Source of the DNA: Verrucomicrobiota bacterium | GTDB lineage: Bacteria; Verrucomicrobiota; Verrucomicrobiia; Opitutales; Opitutaceae | Direction of reading: 5' to 3' | DNA length: 64,000 nucleotides | Assembly (NCBI GenBank): GCA_023457715.1 | Contig: JAEWKR010000119.1 | Location: 29,531-93,530 of the forward strand | Shown here: positions 1-9,758 of the stretch, piece after piece | Layout: each line of letters starts with the position of its first letter | How positions within the stretch are numbered: the first letter of the stretch is position 1 | The notes under the pieces: model-generated | The model's database searches: none | What the model saw: only the letters and a program-made list of their open reading frames with translations | What the model was told of the DNA's origin: nothing | Translations under genes and position numbers: made by a program

Positions 1-1385
1 AAGGCCGAACCGTAGAAGGCGAGGATGGTCGACTCCTGGAACTTCCGCGCCACCTCCTCCCGCACGAAGAACCCGTGGTCCTTCTTGTAGGTGTGCATGT
101 AGAGGTCCTTCGTCAGTTCGTCGTACCAGTACACCTGCAGCCCGATCGCCTCGAAGGTGTCGAGGCGCGCGTGCGCGTTGGACGAAAGGAAGTATCCATG
201 GGTCCGTGACGCCTTGCGGAAGATCACGCGCTTGAGCTTCACGTCGCCGATGCGCGTCATCAGCTCGATCTGCTCCAGCAGGTCGGGGAAGTAGTCCAGC
301 ACCAGGGTGTCCCCGTTTTCGGGGGCGGCGTCGAGGGCGTGGATCATCGTCCGGTAGCCGCAGGCCCCGCCGTTGCCGAGGTGGGCCTTGAGGTCGTCGC
401 CGGCGCGGATGAGGGCACAGCGATTCTCCATGCTGGCGTGCTGGCCGCGGACCGTGATCTTGGTCCGGGGATGCGCGGTGGCGTTCTCGCGCGGCTGGGA
501 CTCATCCATGCACTTGTACAATTCCGACGCGGTGCCCAGGAGCCGGGTGCGTCGTTTCGCCAGGGTCTTGTACTCGGGATCGTTGGCCTCGGGGGCGCGG
601 AAGACCTCGACGGACACCACGGGGTTCACGATCGGCTGGTCGCCGGTGTTGTAGATCTCCAGCATGATGTTCGTGCCGAAGGTCTTGATCGGATCGAGCA
701 GGACCGCGCTGGTGTGGATGCCAAAGTGCCCCTGCCCCTGGTTGAGGACGACAAAGTGTTCCTTCAGGTACATCGAGCAGCTGGTCAGGATGCCGGAACG
801 GGGCGGGATGGTGAGCGGGGAGGCGTCGTGGCGGATCTGGACCCGGTCCAGGTAATTGCGCCCCGCGATACCGCTGACCAGGCGTTCGAAATCGCCGCGC
901 TGCAGCTTCGTGCTGAGCGTGTAACTGAGCTGGTGCGGGGTGAGGAACACCCGGCCCTGGCTGTCGATGCTGATCGTGTTTGGCAGCTTGATCCGGTTTT
1001 CCTGCAGCGCCTCCCAGATCTCCCCCGTGGAAAGCTTGGCCGCGGGCGGAGCGTAGAAGAGGCGGCCAACCGGGGCCCCGATCCGCATCAGCTTCTTCCA
1101 ATACGGGGCGTTGGGGAAACTGTGGTCATAAATGAAGGCGTCGGCATCCAGCTCGATCCGGTTTCCCTCCAGGCGCGGGGCGCCGTGGGTCAGCATCTCG
1201 ATGCCGATGCGGGCCATCGAGCTGCGTTCGGAAAATTTGAGCGCGGCCAGGTGCGTCTTGAAAAGCTCCAGTTCGGCAGGATGGCGGGGCCAGAAACCAA
1301 GGGTAAGCGAGACGGAATGCTCGTCCTTGTTCCTGACATTGAGAATCTGGCCATCCTGACTCGTCCAAAATTGGTCAGGATTCAT
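1..1385 (-). CDS. Large LOG-family (nucleotide phosphoribohydrolase-like) protein with long N-terminal extension; runs off the window edge
   Basis: Absent from the ORF track because it has no stop in the window. Manual translation from ATG 1385: MNPDQFWTSQDGQ...STILAFYGSA, open throughout. The final 'ILAFYGSA' resembles the first strand/loop of the LOG Rossmann-like domain. Confidence 0.7.
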   Translation of the reverse strand, partial: MNPDQFWTSQDGQILNVRNKDEHSVSLTLGFWPRHPAELELFKTHLAALKFSERSSMARIGIEMLTHGAPRLEGNRIELDADAFIYDHSFPNAPYWKKLMRIGAPVGRLFYAPPAAKLSTGEIWEALQENRIKLPNTISIDSQGRVFLTPHQLSYTLSTKLQRGDFERLVSGIAGRNYLDRVQIRHDASPLTIPPRSGILTSCSMYLKEHFVVLNQGQGHFGIHTSAVLLDPIKTFGTNIMLEIYNTGDQPIVNPVVSVEVFRAPEANDPEYKTLAKRRTRLLGTASELYKCMDESQPRENATAHPRTKITVRGQHASMENRCALIRAGDDLKAHLGNGGACGYRTMIHALDAAPENGDTLVLDYFPDLLEQIELMTRIGDVKLKRVIFRKASRTHGYFLSSNAHARLDTFEAIGLQVYWYDELTKDLYMHTYKKDHGFFVREEVARKFQESTILAFYGSA

Positions 1386-1387
1386 GA

Positions 1388-1530
<143 letters not shown>

Positions 1531-1624
1531 TCTTCTGCGTTGCTTTTGACAGGGCGGGCTGGCTGAGTCGGCCACTTTTACGGCACCGACTGCCACTTTT
1601 ACGAGTCCACCCGAATCTCAACCC

Positions 1625-2422
1625 ATGAAATTGACGCACTCGCTCGCACTCTGCGGCATCGCGCTTGGCCTCACGGTCGCGCAGGCGCAGGAGATCAAAC
1701 TCAACCTCCCGGCGCAGGGAGACAAGGCTGCCGCGGCGCCCGCCGCCGCTCCCGCGACCCCGACCTTCACCGACGAGCAGCTCGTCGAGGAGCTCGGCTG
1801 GTTCTTCGGCAAGCGCATGGGCCTCTCGGAACTCGGCTTCACCAAGACGGAGCTGGACGCGCTGGTGAAAGGTCTCAATGCGGCGGCCGCCGGCAAGGAC
1901 TCTCCTTACGAACTCGCGCAGATCGGTCCCAAGGTGGACGAGTTCATGCAGAAGAAGCAGACGACCTACCTGGGGAAGCTGCGGGAGAAGAGCGTGGCCG
2001 ACAACGCGGCATTCTTCGCCAAGCTGAAGGAGAACAAGAATGTGCAGGAGCTTCCGAGCGGCCTGCGCTACGAGATTCTCCAGCAGGGCCAGGGGGCGTT
2101 CCCGAAGGCTGAGGACACCGTCCGGGTGCACTACACCGGCACGCTGCTGGACGGCAGCGTCTTCGACAGCTCCGTCGAGCGTGGCGAACCCGTCAATTTC
2201 GGCCTCAAGGAAGTGATCCCCGGCTGGACGGAAGGCATTCAGAAGGTGAGCAAGGGCGGCAAGATCAAGCTCTACGTGCCGCCGTCACTCGCGTATGGCG
2301 ACGATCCCCGTCCGGGCATCCCGCCGGGTTCGACGCTGGTCTTCGAGGTTGAACTCATCGATATCAACCCGCCGGCGGAGCAGCCGGCCGCGGGCGCCGT
2401 GCCGCCGCCGGCGACGAAGTAA
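1625..2422 (+). CDS. fkpA: FKBP-type peptidyl-prolyl cis-trans isomerase (FkpA/Mip-like, signal peptide)
   Basis: Signal peptide; N-terminal helical domain; LPSGLRY, VRVHYTGTLLDGSVFDSS, VIPGWTEG, PPSLAYG, IPPGSTLVFEVEL motifs. Confidence 0.92.
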   Translation: MKLTHSLALCGIALGLTVAQAQEIKLNLPAQGDKAAAAPAAAPATPTFTDEQLVEELGWFFGKRMGLSELGFTKTELDALVKGLNAAAAGKDSPYELAQIGPKVDEFMQKKQTTYLGKLREKSVADNAAFFAKLKENKNVQELPSGLRYEILQQGQGAFPKAEDTVRVHYTGTLLDGSVFDSSVERGEPVNFGLKEVIPGWTEGIQKVSKGGKIKLYVPPSLAYGDDPRPGIPPGSTLVFEVELIDINPPAEQPAAGAVPPPATK

Positions 2423-2707
2423 TTTGAGATTTGAAATTTGAGATTGGCGCGGACCTTTCGGTCCGCGCCTTTTTTGTTGGTTTTGAGTTTTGGGTTTTGA
2501 GTTTTGAGCGGCACCACGCCTCGCAGCGTGGCGCACTTCTGAAAAAACTCTCCTGGCTCGATCCGACGGAACCACGTATCGAGCGCAGCGAGATCAGCCA
2601 ACCCACGAACCGCACGAAAACGCGGAGGTTCGTGTGTTTCGTGGTCCCGACCCAAAACCCAAGACCCAAAACTCAAAACTCAAAACCCAATACCCAAACC
2701 CCAAAAC
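2421..2707. repeat. Nested short-tandem-repeat arms: RATTTGA x3-4; inverted GTTTTGR x4 / YCAAAAC-like x8; inner CACGAA/TTCGTG hairpin
   Basis: 2421-2445, 2480-2507, 2652-2707 and 2603-2644 read directly. Confidence 0.85.
2446..2475 (+). terminator. Rho-independent terminator of the FKBP gene
   Basis: ggcgcggacc-tttc-ggtccgcgcc followed by a T run. Confidence 0.85.
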
Positions 2708-2726
2708 AACTCCGCCTGGCCCATGC

Positions 2727-5426
2727 CTACTCCGGTTGCGCGTAGACCTCGACCAGCACGACGCCGCCGGCTCCGCTCGCCGGGCCGGCGTGAACGGTGT
2801 AGCCGCCAGGCGGGAGATTGAGCAGGAGCGCCGAGTCTTTGGAAGTGAGCGGGAGCGGGAAGGTGTACAGGGCCTGGAAAGTGCCGGCGGCCACGTGCGC
2901 CGCCCAGTCGTCGTTCTGGGCGATCACGGTTTCGCCGCGGTAGAGCGTGAGGCGCGGATCGGCCATCGCGCCGCCGACATCGTAGGCTGCGAGCTCCGGG
3001 CCCACGGCCCGGAGCAGCACGGTGCGCGGCGCGGTGCCATCGATGATGAAGCCGACGATCAGCGTTCCATCCGCGCCCCCCGCCCGAGCCCGCACCGACG
3101 CATTGCTCAGATCGGCGGTCGCGGCCCCCGGGCCGGCGTACATCTCCACCAGCGTGGCGCCGCGGGCGCCGCCGGCGCCGACCACATGGGCGGTGTATCC
3201 GCCCGCAGCCAGGTTGAGAAGCATCGCGGAGTCCTTGCTCGAGCGGGGCAGCGCAAACGCTCCCAGGCTGTTCGCCGTGCGCTCCAGTTCATCGACACCG
3301 GGACTCGCGCCCCAATTGTCATTCGCGCCGAGCAGCGTGCTGTTCGCCCCGTAGAAGTTGAGTTGCGGATCGGCCAGCGCGCCCGGCACAGCGAAGGCCG
3401 TCAGCGTCGGTCCCACCGCGCGGACGAGCAGCGCGCGCTCGCCGGCGCCTGACACGGTGAACCCGGCCACGAGCGTGTCGCTGCCATCGGCGGCATTGGC
3501 CCGGATGGACATGTTGATCATCCGGCCGCGCGCACCGGCGGCATCGACCCCCGCCAGGCGGATCAGCGGAGTAGGCGGACGGCGCATGCCGTGGCCGAGG
3601 AAAAAGCTGGGATGCGGCGGCTGGTTGTACGCGGTGTTTTGCCAGGCGATCGCCGTGCGGTACTGCGCGTCGTGCATCAGCGTGTAGAGGCGCGACGCGG
3701 CGGGGATGGTCGTCGTGTAGAGGCGAAGTTCGGTGTTGTCGGTCGTTCGCCAGACGACTTCCTCGCGCCAGTCGCCCAGCAGGTCTGCGCTGATCGCCGG
3801 GGTCGACTTGGTGCCGTTGTTGGACGTGCAGTTCTCCGCGGTGAGGAGCGTGGCCTGGCTGCCGCTCGTCCAGTCCCATTTGTAGATGCGATTGGAGTCG
3901 AGGATCTCACGCAGCGGATCGTCATCCCACCAGACGGCGAAGTTCATCGCCGGCTTGGTGCTGCCGATCGTGGCGCCGGTCGCGCTGTAGAGCCCGCCCG
4001 CCGCGCCCCAGCATTCGGCGCCGGCGTGCGTGGGATCGATATCAGCCGCCAGCGCGCGGCCGGTATCGCGGTCGTTGGGCACCTTCCAGAGCAGGGCGCC
4101 GGTCCTGGCGTCGCGGAGACTGAGGCCGATGCCGCCGTTCGTACCCACCGATTCATGACATTGCCAGACCTCCTGGCCGGGACGATCGGGATCAAAATCG
4201 GAGACGTGCAGGGCGTCGCCGTGGGCAAGGCCGTTGGCATAAAGCCCCTTGCCGTCGTCGTTGATGGTGCAGGAACCGTAGACGATCTCGTCGCGTCCAT
4301 CCTGGTCCACGTCCGCGATGGACAGGTTGTGATTGCCCTGGCCGCGGTACGCGGCGTTGCCCGGCGTGCCGTCGTCGCTGTCGAAAGTCCAGGCGCGCGT
4401 GAGCTGGCCATCGCGCCAGTTCCAGGCGACGACGACGGCACGCGTGTAGTAGCCACGGGCCATGATGAGGCTGGGGCGGCGTCCATCCAGATAGGCCACG
4501 CCGGCAAGGAACCGGTCGACGCGGTTGCCATAGTTGTCGCCCCACGCGGAGACATCGCTGCTCGTCGGGGAGCCATTGCGGGGGGGCACGAAGTCCGCGG
4601 TCGCAAGTGCCGCGCCGGTTCGACCGTCGAACACGGTCAGGAATTCGCGACCGAGCAGGACGTAACCGCTGCTGTTGCGATGGTCGGCTGCGGCATCGCC
4701 GATGACGGCTCCGATGCCGTCGACGGTGGCGTCGGCCGTCTTGCAGGCGACCTCGGCGCGCCCGTCGCCGTCGAAGTCATACACCATGAACTGCGTGTAG
4801 TGCGCGCCGGCGCGGACGTTGCGCCCCAGGTCGATCCGCCAGAGTCGGGTCCCATCCAGGCGGTACCCGTCGAGGAACACATTGCCGGTGTAGCCGGATT
4901 GCGAGTTGTCCTTTGCGTTCGTGGGGTCCCACTTGAGCACGAGCTCATATTCGCCGTCGCCGTCCAGGTCGCCGACGCTGCAATCGTTCGCCACGTAGGT
5001 GTAGGTGACGTTGTCGGGCGTGACGCCCCCGGTGGGCGGGGAGAGCGGGATGCTGAGATAGGGGCGCGCGGGCGCGCCGGCAGGCAGCGTGAAGGCGCCG
5101 CTGGCGGGCTGCTCGACGCCGCCGAGCACCGGTTTTACGTGGTAGCGAAGGGCCTGCGTCGGGTTGGCGCCCGCGTCGACGAAATCGGTGGTCGCGGCGA
5201 TCGGCGTCTCATTCAACCGGACAGGTTCGCCCGTACCGGTCGTACGGTAGACGTTGAAGCCAATCTCGTCGGGGTCCTGCGCGAGCAGTCGCCAGGAGAC
5301 GTAGACGCCCTCGGACTGCTTGATGGCGACCACGCCGCGGCCGAGCGCCTCCATCTGACGTTGGGCCTGGAGGGTAGTCAGGCCGAACAGGACAAACAGA
5401 ACGAGGCAGCGGAAGGGGCGTTCCAT
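2727..5426 (-). CDS. Rhamnogalacturonan lyase (PL11, YesW/YesX-like) with duplicated C-terminal domain
   Basis: RQMEALGRGVVA, GDLDGDGEYELVLKWDP, RAGAHYTQF, GQGNHN, HGDALH, NNGTK, YNQPPHPSFFLG motifs; signal peptide. Confidence 0.92.
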   Translation of the reverse strand: MERPFRCLVLFVLFGLTTLQAQRQMEALGRGVVAIKQSEGVYVSWRLLAQDPDEIGFNVYRTTGTGEPVRLNETPIAATTDFVDAGANPTQALRYHVKPVLGGVEQPASGAFTLPAGAPARPYLSIPLSPPTGGVTPDNVTYTYVANDCSVGDLDGDGEYELVLKWDPTNAKDNSQSGYTGNVFLDGYRLDGTRLWRIDLGRNVRAGAHYTQFMVYDFDGDGRAEVACKTADATVDGIGAVIGDAAADHRNSSGYVLLGREFLTVFDGRTGAALATADFVPPRNGSPTSSDVSAWGDNYGNRVDRFLAGVAYLDGRRPSLIMARGYYTRAVVVAWNWRDGQLTRAWTFDSDDGTPGNAAYRGQGNHNLSIADVDQDGRDEIVYGSCTINDDGKGLYANGLAHGDALHVSDFDPDRPGQEVWQCHESVGTNGGIGLSLRDARTGALLWKVPNDRDTGRALAADIDPTHAGAECWGAAGGLYSATGATIGSTKPAMNFAVWWDDDPLREILDSNRIYKWDWTSGSQATLLTAENCTSNNGTKSTPAISADLLGDWREEVVWRTTDNTELRLYTTTIPAASRLYTLMHDAQYRTAIAWQNTAYNQPPHPSFFLGHGMRRPPTPLIRLAGVDAAGARGRMINMSIRANAADGSDTLVAGFTVSGAGERALLVRAVGPTLTAFAVPGALADPQLNFYGANSTLLGANDNWGASPGVDELERTANSLGAFALPRSSKDSAMLLNLAAGGYTAHVVGAGGARGATLVEMYAGPGAATADLSNASVRARAGGADGTLIVGFIIDGTAPRTVLLRAVGPELAAYDVGGAMADPRLTLYRGETVIAQNDDWAAHVAAGTFQALYTFPLPLTSKDSALLLNLPPGGYTVHAGPASGAGGVVLVEVYAQPE

Positions 5427-5536
5427 GTCGTGATCATGGCATTACGGGCACACCGCGCACGCGAGGCGCGGGCCGGACAGTCTGCTCCGCCGGGGGGCAC
5501 GGATACGCCGCACCGTCGGGAGAGGTCAACAAGGCA

Positions 5537-5618
5537 TTCCGCCTGAAGGCGGGACAACTTGCCCAAGCCCCGGACGCAGGGGGAATGCCTGGGTACGTTG
5601 TCCCGCCTTCAGGCGGAA
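5537..5618. repeat. REP doublet: perfect 22-bp inverted repeat of a palindromic unit
   Basis: ttccgcctgaaggcgggacaac (5537-5558) / gttgtcccgccttcaggcggaa (5597-5618). Confidence 0.85.
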
Positions 5619-5659
5619 GGAATTGGGTGTGCTTGCGCCAGCGAGACGATCTGTGGTCG

Positions 5660-7303
5660 TTACGGCCGCAGATACGTTCCCAGCGGGTTGCCGGGCAGTT
5701 TCCGCAACTCCTCCGCGACGACCTCGGCGTTGAGCTTGGCGCCGGCCGCGTTGGTGTGCGTGTGCTCGTCGGCGAAGAGCGCGTTCACTGCGTCGGTGCC
5801 CAGCGTGTCGTAGCGCTGTGCGACCCGTTCGTTCAAGTCGATGAAGGCAACGCCCTCCTGTTCCGCCACCTGGCGGGCCCACAGCGCGAAGGACTCGTTG
5901 CTCCGCGCGACCTTGCCGTCAGTCCATCTTTTGCGCGGCACGAGCGAGCACACGATCGGGGTCGCGCCGCGGGCGCGCACCTCGGCGATGTTCTGGCGCA
6001 AGTACCAGCCCCAGCTGTGCATCGGCCGAAGCTGCTTGGTCTTCGGATCTGGAAGGTCCTCTGTCTGGTCGCCGATTCCCCGCGCGGGACCCCGGGGTGG
6101 GTTGTCGTTATGGCCCCATTGCATCACGACGAGGTCGCCCGGTTTCACCATCGCCAGCAGTCGTCGCCAGTAGCCGATCGCGCGGAACGTCTCCACCCCG
6201 GTGCCGCCGACCGCGCGGTTCACGAGATTGATGCGATCGAGCCGGAGGTGCGGCGCGAGGAAGTCGCCCCAGCCCCATTCACCATTCGAACCGTCGCCGC
6301 CGCCGTTGCGCACCGTGGAGTCGCCCGCCAGGAACAACGTCGGGAGGGAAGGATCCGCCGGCACGGGGAGGCGCAGCCAGGCGCTGGCATCGGTTTCCAC
6401 TTCGCGCCCCCGGGTCGAAAGGAGGTCGTGAAAGCCGGGGATGGGGCCGCCGGGATCGCCCTGGGGTTTGGTCGCTCCCTTCGCATCGCGCGGACGCATG
6501 CCTTTGAGTGCGGCAACGACGGCGCGGGCGTGCAGGTCCGCGCCGGCGGCGCTGAAATGGGTGTGATCCTGCGGATAGAACTCGGCGGTCCTGGCCGGGC
6601 CCATCGCCTCGAATTGGTCGGCCACGGCATTGCTCACCTCGCCGAAGGCCAGGTTGTGGTCCACGGCGAGTTGCTGCAGCCAGCCGTTGTACCGGCCGGG
6701 CCCGCGCTCGATTCGACCGTCCTGCCAGCGATTGCGGATCGTCAGCCCGAGCAGGACGGGCGTGGCTCCCTTTGCCTGCACCTCGCCAATCATCCGGCGG
6801 ATGTACCAGCCGAACGTGTGCACCACCTCATGCTGCTTCGTGACGACGTTATCGATCGCCTTCGTTTCCTCGCCCAGACCCGGCAGGCTGCCCCGGGCAC
6901 GCAAGGGTGGCGGAGGTTCGTCGTTGATGGCGCCGCCGTCGTTGTGCCCAAACTGGATCAGCACCAGGTCACCGGCTTTCAGATCCGCGAGCAGTTGACC
7001 CCATTCGCCTCCGGTGATGAAGGTGCGGCTGCTGCGGCCTCCGCGCGCGCGGTTGGCGATGTTGACCTTTTCCGGGTCGAAGTAGTCGGCAAAGGGGACG
7101 CCCCAGCCTTGCTGCATCTCACCTTTGCCCCGCGCGGCGGTGGAATCTCCGGCGATGAAAAGGGTGGGAAGCGCCGGATTGAGCGGGAGCGCAACCGGCG
7201 CCGGGTTCTTCGCGAGGTCGGGCGCGGGTTGCGTGGAGAGGGCGTCCGCGGCTGAGCCAAGCGCCATCGAAAGCCAGAACAGGGCAAGGCAACGGGTGAT
7301 CAT
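5660..7303 (-). CDS. Rhamnogalacturonan acetylesterase, two tandem SGNH/GDSL (CE12-like) domains
   Basis: Two copies of LPTLF(I/L)AGDST...GWG...NRA.GG...Q(F/W)GHND...D.TH; signal peptide. Confidence 0.88.
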   Translation of the reverse strand: MITRCLALFWLSMALGSAADALSTQPAPDLAKNPAPVALPLNPALPTLFIAGDSTAARGKGEMQQGWGVPFADYFDPEKVNIANRARGGRSSRTFITGGEWGQLLADLKAGDLVLIQFGHNDGGAINDEPPPPLRARGSLPGLGEETKAIDNVVTKQHEVVHTFGWYIRRMIGEVQAKGATPVLLGLTIRNRWQDGRIERGPGRYNGWLQQLAVDHNLAFGEVSNAVADQFEAMGPARTAEFYPQDHTHFSAAGADLHARAVVAALKGMRPRDAKGATKPQGDPGGPIPGFHDLLSTRGREVETDASAWLRLPVPADPSLPTLFLAGDSTVRNGGGDGSNGEWGWGDFLAPHLRLDRINLVNRAVGGTGVETFRAIGYWRRLLAMVKPGDLVVMQWGHNDNPPRGPARGIGDQTEDLPDPKTKQLRPMHSWGWYLRQNIAEVRARGATPIVCSLVPRKRWTDGKVARSNESFALWARQVAEQEGVAFIDLNERVAQRYDTLGTDAVNALFADEHTHTNAAGAKLNAEVVAEELRKLPGNPLGTYLRP

Positions 7304-8958
7304 GGGGAAACGATGAGCTCGGCATCCGCGTGCGCGAGGTTCAGGTCCGGGAGGTCGCGGCCGCGCCGGGCCCGGAAGCCGCGCACGCGGCGCAGGACCA
7401 CGGTCAGTCCGGTCTCGTCGCGCTGCGCGTCCAACCCGTCGAGGGTGATGTTCTCCGCGTCCATCACCACGACCGGGGGCCGGGAGTCGGGCAGGGTATG
7501 CGCCAGCGTGAGTCCGTCGATGGTCACCTGACGGGCGTGCCGCACAAACAAGCCATAGGCCGGCAGAATGCCGAACATGCTCGGTTCAGGATAGGCCCGC
7601 TCCTGTTCCGGCGGCTCGTAGGGGTCGCGCGGCTGGGCCACGGCCGGATCGCGCAGGAAGAACGGGTTGATGAGCTCCGCCGGCTGCCGGGCCGCGTCGT
7701 CCAGGGAGAGTCCGCCGCGGAAAGTGACGTGAATATCGTGCAGCCGGAGCTGTTCCACCGGGTGGCCGGGCAGCCCCGCGATCAGGATCGGGTAACGCGC
7801 ATCGCAGTCGGAGACGGTGATGTGGCTCAGGCTGACGCGGCGGATGGCCCCGATGGGAAGCCCGGCGGGACCGCGGCCGCGATTGCCGATGCGGAAGAAG
7901 AGGGGGGCGTTCGAGACTTCGCGCATCACGATGTTCGTCACCGAGACATCCTCGAGCGCGCCGCCGTCGACCGTTTCGAACGCCAGCCCCCGACTGCGGA
8001 GGAACACGCAGTTCGAGATCACGACGTTGCGGTAGCCGCCGTTGGATTCCGTTCCGAACTTGATCCGCCCGCACGGGCCGTCCTGGTCCGGCGCCTTCCA
8101 CCCGGTCCGTCCGCAGGTGCCGTCGAGGAAGGTGCCAAGGTCGAAGCCGCTCACCTGGCAGTTGGCGATGGTGATGTTTTCGCACGCCCGGGCGGTGCCG
8201 AGCGCGTACGAACTCTTCAGCACGATCGCGTCGTCGTGCGGCGTGTTGATCGCGCAGTGGGCGATCCGGACGTGACGACAGGAATCGAGGTCGAGCCCGT
8301 CCCGGTTGGTGTCGATCCGCAGGTTGTCGATCGTCAGGTGATCGACGCCCGTCGCGAGCACGGCAAACCATCCGGCGCGCAGCATCGAAAAATCCCGCAG
8401 CGTGACGTGGCGGCAGCGCTTCAGCGCGATCGCCTTGTAGCCGGGGCCCGGTTCGTGCGTCTGCGCCGGGGCGGGCTCGGTGACGGGAGCGAGGGTGCCG
8501 TTGGGCCCGGCTTCGATCGGGGCGGGGCCGCCGGAAGTAGCCGGCTTCGGCTCAAGCCCGTGGCTGAGACCCTGGCCGTGGATCAGCCCGGGGCCCACGA
8601 TGGCGACATGCTCCAGGTGCTCGCCCCAGATCAGCGCGTCGTGCCAGTGACTGTGGCCAAAATCCTGATACTGCCGGTCGCCCCATTCGTTCGGTTCGGC
8701 GGCGTCGTAGGTGCCCCCGTCGCGGTGGGGCGTGGCGGCGAGCAGCGTGGCGCCGGGTTGAAACTGCAGGGTGAGGTGGCTGCGCAGTCGGATCGAAAAC
8801 GAGAGGTAGGTGCCCGCCGGCAACATCACGACGCCGCCGCCCGCCTGGGACGCCGCCTCGATCGCCCGGTTGATCGCGGGACTGTCGAGCGTCCGGCCAT
8901 CGCCGACGGCGCCAAAATCCCGGACATTGCAGACAAGCGCTGGGGAAGGCTGGCTCAC
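7300..8958 (-). CDS. Glycoside hydrolase family 28 (polygalacturonase/rhamnogalacturonase-like)
   Basis: NVRDFGAVGDG, QDFGHSHW, NRDGLD, DDAIVLKS, GRIKFGTESNGG. Start placed at GTG 8958 (uncertain) because the track's longer N-terminus runs through a repeat. Confidence 0.85.
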   Translation of the reverse strand: MSQPSPALVCNVRDFGAVGDGRTLDSPAINRAIEAASQAGGGVVMLPAGTYLSFSIRLRSHLTLQFQPGATLLAATPHRDGGTYDAAEPNEWGDRQYQDFGHSHWHDALIWGEHLEHVAIVGPGLIHGQGLSHGLEPKPATSGGPAPIEAGPNGTLAPVTEPAPAQTHEPGPGYKAIALKRCRHVTLRDFSMLRAGWFAVLATGVDHLTIDNLRIDTNRDGLDLDSCRHVRIAHCAINTPHDDAIVLKSSYALGTARACENITIANCQVSGFDLGTFLDGTCGRTGWKAPDQDGPCGRIKFGTESNGGYRNVVISNCVFLRSRGLAFETVDGGALEDVSVTNIVMREVSNAPLFFRIGNRGRGPAGLPIGAIRRVSLSHITVSDCDARYPILIAGLPGHPVEQLRLHDIHVTFRGGLSLDDAARQPAELINPFFLRDPAVAQPRDPYEPPEQERAYPEPSMFGILPAYGLFVRHARQVTIDGLTLAHTLPDSRPPVVVMDAENITLDGLDAQRDETGLTVVLRRVRGFRARRGRDLPDLNLAHADAELIVSP

Positions 8959-9034
8959 GCGTGAAGGATCGGCGTCGGGTCCGACCGGCGCAATGGGAGC
9001 CGCGGACTGACCGTCAAATCGCGGCTGACCACGC

Positions 9035-9147
9035 GAGACAAGGGACCAGGGACAAGGGACCAGGGGCCACGGACGAGGGACCGGCGGTTCGTGCTCGTAA
9101 GGGCCCGATCGGCTTGGAAAGTCTCGTGGTCCTTGGTCCCTGGTGTC
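9035..9147. repeat. Inverted heptamer arrays (GGGACMA-like x7 / TGGTCCY-like x3)
   Basis: gagacaa gggacca gggacaa gggacca ggggcca cggacga gggaccg ... tggtcct tggtccc tggtgtc. Confidence 0.75.
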
Positions 9148-9283
9148 TAAAGCAATGGGCGCCGGGCGGAGATGGCGCGATCCGCGCCGGTCTCCGGCCG
9201 ACGCCGGGCGCGTGCAAGGGTGCACGTGATGACCTGCATTCCTCCTCCTGCTGTCGCACCTCGCCCGAGGCGACGTCCTGGCC

Positions 9284-9652
9284 TCAGGGACCGTGCGTGA
9301 GCAGGAGTCCGCTCAGCAGAGCGGTCCAAAGCAAAACACCTCCGCCGACCAGACTGACCACCAGCCGCCGCGAACGAGATTTCGCGGACTCCGACATCCG
9401 CAGCCACGATACGTCAATGACCCAGCGGATGCGCGGCATGCCCGCTGGCAGCGGATACCATTGGCAGCCGTCGGGGATGAAACCTTCGGCGGCGAGCTGG
9501 CGAATGAACGAAATCTTGCGGCGCTCCGAGAAGGTGTTGCGAGTGGCGCGGACTACCACCGCCTCCGGATCGGTGTTCTCCACCTGGAGATAGGTGTCGA
9601 CATCGCGGAAGTAGAACTCGAAACACCGGGTATTGAGCGCGGGTGAATTCAT
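9284..9652 (-). CDS. Hypothetical protein with C-terminal transmembrane helix
   Basis: 122-aa ORF with ATG start, AT-rich upstream region, protein-like composition and a hydrophobic C-terminus. Confidence 0.65.
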   Translation of the reverse strand: MNSPALNTRCFEFYFRDVDTYLQVENTDPEAVVVRATRNTFSERRKISFIRQLAAEGFIPDGCQWYPLPAGMPRIRWVIDVSWLRMSESAKSRSRRLVVSLVGGGVLLWTALLSGLLLTHGP

Positions 9653-9758
9653 TCCGCGCTACAGACCAGCGTTTCCGCCGTCAGAGCGCGAGGATGAGAA
9701 AAAAAGTGCCGGCAATCTTTAGATTTACGAATAAAAGGCCTGCCGACGATTTTGCCGC

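Noticed and set aside
2431..2745. 104-aa ORF and overlapping small ORFs between fkpA and the lyase
   Set aside because: They span a terminator and tandem arrays (TQNPRPKTQNSK); not credible as proteins.
8959..9225. N-terminal extension of GH28 given in the ORF track
   Set aside because: Low-complexity translation through the heptamer repeat; recognisable GH28 sequence starts near NVRDFGA.
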